64,000 bases of DNA from NCBI GenBank assembly GCA_976551045.1, contig CDPCPM010000005.1, forward strand, positions 11,098,001-11,162,000, read 5' to 3'. This document shows positions 63,775 through 64,000 of the stretch, one piece after another (the stretch's first letter is position 1; each line of letters starts with the position of its first letter). The notes under the pieces were generated by a model, which was not told the DNA's origin, made no database searches, and saw only the letters and a program-made list of their open reading frames with translations. This DNA is from Glaucostegus cemiculus (lineage: Eukaryota). The translations under genes were made by a program, and so were the position numbers.

Positions 63775-64000
63775 AGTATACCTGGTCTTGGTGAAACTGT
63801 ACCTGGTGTACTCTGTACTGTTTTTGTCTCCTTACGCAAGAAGGGTCATTCTCAGCATTGAGGGAATATACTGAAGATTCATCATTCTGGTTCATGGGAT
63901 GGTGGGTATGCTGAATAAGAAGAGATTGAGTAGAATAGATCTGTACTCCCCAGTATTTAGAAGAATGATATCGAAACATGCAACATTTTTATGTCTTCAC
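63775..64000 (+). mobile_element. CR1 LINE fragment running to the window edge
   Basis: GGTCTTGGTGAAACTGTACCTGGTGTACTCTGTACTGTTTTTGTCTCCTTAC (LVKLYLVYSVLFLSPY, similar to LVRPHLEYCVQFWSPY). Confidence 0.75.

Overview
AT-rich, CpG-depleted vertebrate DNA. The repeat content (CR1/HER1-type LINEs sharing 3' tails with HE1-type V-SINEs, Rex1/Babar, RTE and L2 LINEs, DeuSINE-like SINEs, Penelope-like terminal fragments, a Harbinger remnant) points to a cartilaginous fish (shark or ray; inference). I recognise no intact host protein-coding gene or RNA gene, so the window reads as a gene desert or a very large intron. Most listed ORFs are spurious; the recognisable ones are frameshifted retroelement or transposase fragments. 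The features most worth follow-up are: a ~198-bp, ~96% identical inverted repeat enclosing a nested RTE/Penelope remnant (60308-61908); a type I hammerhead-ribozyme core in that Penelope fragment; short spaced local duplications; an isolated non-coding exon candidate; and several motif-dense repeat-free blocks that look like conserved enhancers. Family names and boundaries come from visual recognition, not database searches, and I cannot demonstrate a new biological system from the sequence alone.
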